Under the pieces are notes generated by a model that saw only the letters and a list, made by a program, of their open reading frames with translations, made no database searches and was not told the DNA's origin. Shown piece by piece: positions 15,862-17,603 of a stretch of 17,603 nucleotides of DNA. Numbering within the stretch: the stretch's first letter is position 1; the number at the start of each line of letters is the position of its first letter. Both the position numbers and the translations under genes were made by a program. The stretch comes from Gemmatimonadota bacterium. GTDB lineage: Bacteria > Latescibacterota > UBA2968 > UBA8231. The stretch is from the NCBI GenBank assembly GCA_038153405.1, contig JAYOYH010000076.1, positions 1-17,603 of the forward strand, written 5' to 3'.

Positions 15862-16303
15862 TGCGCTCCTGCCATCGCGCTATGCTGGCGTTGTACTGCT
15901 GCTGTGCGGGCTGCTGCAGGCCTGTGCGGGGTCGCCGGCGTCGCGTGCGCCCGCGGCCTCGGTGCCGCAGTCGGCAGCGCCCGAGGTGCCGAGTCTGGCG
16001 CAGCTGTGGCTGACGGTGCCCGATTCGACGCGGCAAAGAGAAACGTTTGTCGTACACATTCTACTGGCCGACGGCAGCGGCGCTCCGCTGGTGGGTCGCC
16101 AGCGCGTCTGGCTGCGCGCTAGCCAAGCGGGCGTGCAGCTGGAAGGGGAGAGTGTCGTTGTGGAAAACGGGCGCGCCAGCGCGCGCGTGCAGGGCGTGGA
16201 GTGGAGTGGCTCGGGACTGTACTTGGCGGCGCGCTGCGTCTTGAGCGACGGTACCTATCTGGTCAGCGCGTCGAACGCCATCATGGTGCTGCCTGCGCAC
16301 TGA
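15851..16303 (+). CDS. Putative lipoprotein with Ala/Pro/Ser linker and an Ig-like beta-sandwich domain
   Basis: ATG 15851 overlaps the hydrolase stop by 11 nt. MRRSALLPSRYAGVVLLLCGLLQA/C is lipobox-like, followed by AGSPASRAPAASVPQSAAPEVP and a beta-rich segment (VVHILLADGSGAPLVG...VVENGRASARV). Confidence 0.6.
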   Translation: MRRSALLPSRYAGVVLLLCGLLQACAGSPASRAPAASVPQSAAPEVPSLAQLWLTVPDSTRQRETFVVHILLADGSGAPLVGRQRVWLRASQAGVQLEGESVVVENGRASARVQGVEWSGSGLYLAARCVLSDGTYLVSASNAIMVLPAH

Positions 16304-16322
16304 TAGAGGTGTCGTGCGCACG

Positions 16323-16351
16323 TTGACTTTGCCATAGGGGCGCGATAACTT
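16323..16351 (+). promoter_or_regulatory. Sigma70-type promoter for the sodium:solute symporter
   Basis: TTGACT (16323-16328), 17-nt spacer, TAACTT (16346-16351); AGGAGG SD at 16401-16406. Confidence 0.65.
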
Positions 16352-16413
16352 AACGCCTCCGCTGCAGCGCACGCCCCGTGCGCTGACGACCATTTACGTC
16401 AGGAGGGAGTGCC

Positions 16414-17603
16414 TTGAATTTCATATGGCTCGACTGGGCGATGATCATCGCCTTTTTGCTGCTGACCACCGGCATCGCTCTTGTGACGCGGCGCCTCATC
16501 AGCGACTACGACTCGTTTCTGCTGGCCGGGCGCAGCCTCAAGCTCTACTTGGGCATGGCGACGATGGGCGCCACCGAGCTGGGTCTGGTCACGCTAATGT
16601 ACTTTTCGGAGCAGGGCTACAAGAGCGGTTTTTCCGCCTTTGCCATTGGCGTGATTGCCCTGCTCGGCTTTGTCTTTGTCGGCAAGACCGGCTTCATTAT
16701 CAAGGGCCTGCGCGAGCTGCGCATGCACACGATAGCTGAGTTCTTTGGCCTGCGCTACAGCCGCAGCACACAGATCGTCGCAGCGATAATTACCTTTGCT
16801 GCCGGCCTGATGAATATGGGCCTCTTTCTAGTGCTTGGCGCCAAGTTTTTGCTCTACATGGTCGGTCTGCCGCCGGAGGCCCTGCCCTATCTGATGTTCG
16901 GCCTGCTGATGCTCGTGCTCGTCTACACGGTGGTCGGCGGTATGGTCTCGGTGGTGCTGACCGATTACGTGCAGTTTATCATCCTCTTTACCAGCGTCGT
17001 GTTGACTACCTACTTTGCCATAACGCACGTCGGCTATGACGCCGTGATAACGGCCGTGCAGACCGAGCACGGCGTCGGCGGTTTTGACCCCTTCTTGAGC
17101 GACGACCTCGGCTGGCTCTTTCTCGTATGGTTGGTCTTTGGCCTACCCTTTACCGGCATGTGGCCGCCGGCTCTGTCTCGCGCCCTGTCAACGGTCGACA
17201 GCGAAACGTCGCGCAAGCTCTACGGCTTTATCGGCCTGTCTTTTCTCGGGCGCGCGCTGATGCCGATGATGTGGGGCATATGCGCGTTTACCTACTTTGC
17301 CGGAGCGAATGCGGTGCCCCTGCCGATGGTGGACGGCGCGCCGGATACGGCCGCAGCTATGCCGGTATACCTATCGCAGATTCTGCCTAGCGGCCTGCGC
17401 GGCTTGGTGGTGGCCGCGGCGCTAGCCGCGCTCATGTCGACATTTGACAGCTATCTGTTGTGCTGGTCTTCAATTCTGGTAAACGACATTATTCTGCCGT
17501 TAAAGCCAGAGCTTAAAGACCGCCAGAAGATCTTATTGACGCGCCTATCGGTCGTCGGTTGCGGCCTCTTTGTGCTGGGCTGGGGCTATCTCTACTCGCC
17601 GCC
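16414..17603 (+). CDS. Sodium:solute symporter (SSS/SLC5 family); 3' end runs off the window
   Basis: Absent from the ORF track, translated by hand from TTG 16414 after AGGAGG. MNFIWLDWAMIIAFLLL...DSFLLAGRSL...TIAEFFGLRYS...YTVVGGMVSVVLTDYVQF...LPSGLRGLVVAAALAALMSTFDS are standard SSS motifs. Confidence 0.92.
   Translation, partial: MNFIWLDWAMIIAFLLLTTGIALVTRRLISDYDSFLLAGRSLKLYLGMATMGATELGLVTLMYFSEQGYKSGFSAFAIGVIALLGFVFVGKTGFIIKGLRELRMHTIAEFFGLRYSRSTQIVAAIITFAAGLMNMGLFLVLGAKFLLYMVGLPPEALPYLMFGLLMLVLVYTVVGGMVSVVLTDYVQFIILFTSVVLTTYFAITHVGYDAVITAVQTEHGVGGFDPFLSDDLGWLFLVWLVFGLPFTGMWPPALSRALSTVDSETSRKLYGFIGLSFLGRALMPMMWGICAFTYFAGANAVPLPMVDGAPDTAAAMPVYLSQILPSGLRGLVVAAALAALMSTFDSYLLCWSSILVNDIILPLKPELKDRQKILLTRLSVVGCGLFVLGWGYLYSP

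Noticed and set aside
214..17390. Numerous 60-280 aa alternative-frame and antisense ORFs in the track (e.g. 1092..1790, 7076..7762, 8084..8752, 14803..15636)
   Set aside because: All overlap well-supported genes, are Arg/Ala/Pro-rich or antisense mirrors, and show no motifs, as is typical of high-GC DNA.

Overview
GC-rich (roughly 60-65% by eye), densely coding bacterial window with 13 credible CDSs, two of them truncated by the window edges. I found no rRNA, tRNA, CRISPR array or mobile element. Left to right: YbdG-type MscS channel (-, partial), RNase D (-), PhyH-family dioxygenase (+), two cytoplasmic Cys-type sulfatases (-), a co-oriented block of cupin, APH-like kinase, secreted PQQ dehydrogenase and SelA/DgaE-like PLP enzyme (+), a secreted 852-aa protein with eight DxDGDGxxDED repeats and a FlgD-Ig/'FTPNGDG' C-terminal domain (-), a putative glycoside hydrolase, a lipoprotein and a sodium:solute symporter (+, partial). 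This gene mix suggests an FCB-group heterotroph such as Candidatus Latescibacterota, which is an inference only. The best leads are a possible PTS-independent amino-sugar-acid catabolic module, a T9SS-CTD-like secreted acidic-repeat protein, a structured anti-SD leader before the symporter, and an 11-bp motif shared by two promoter regions. All product calls come from motif recognition without database searches.
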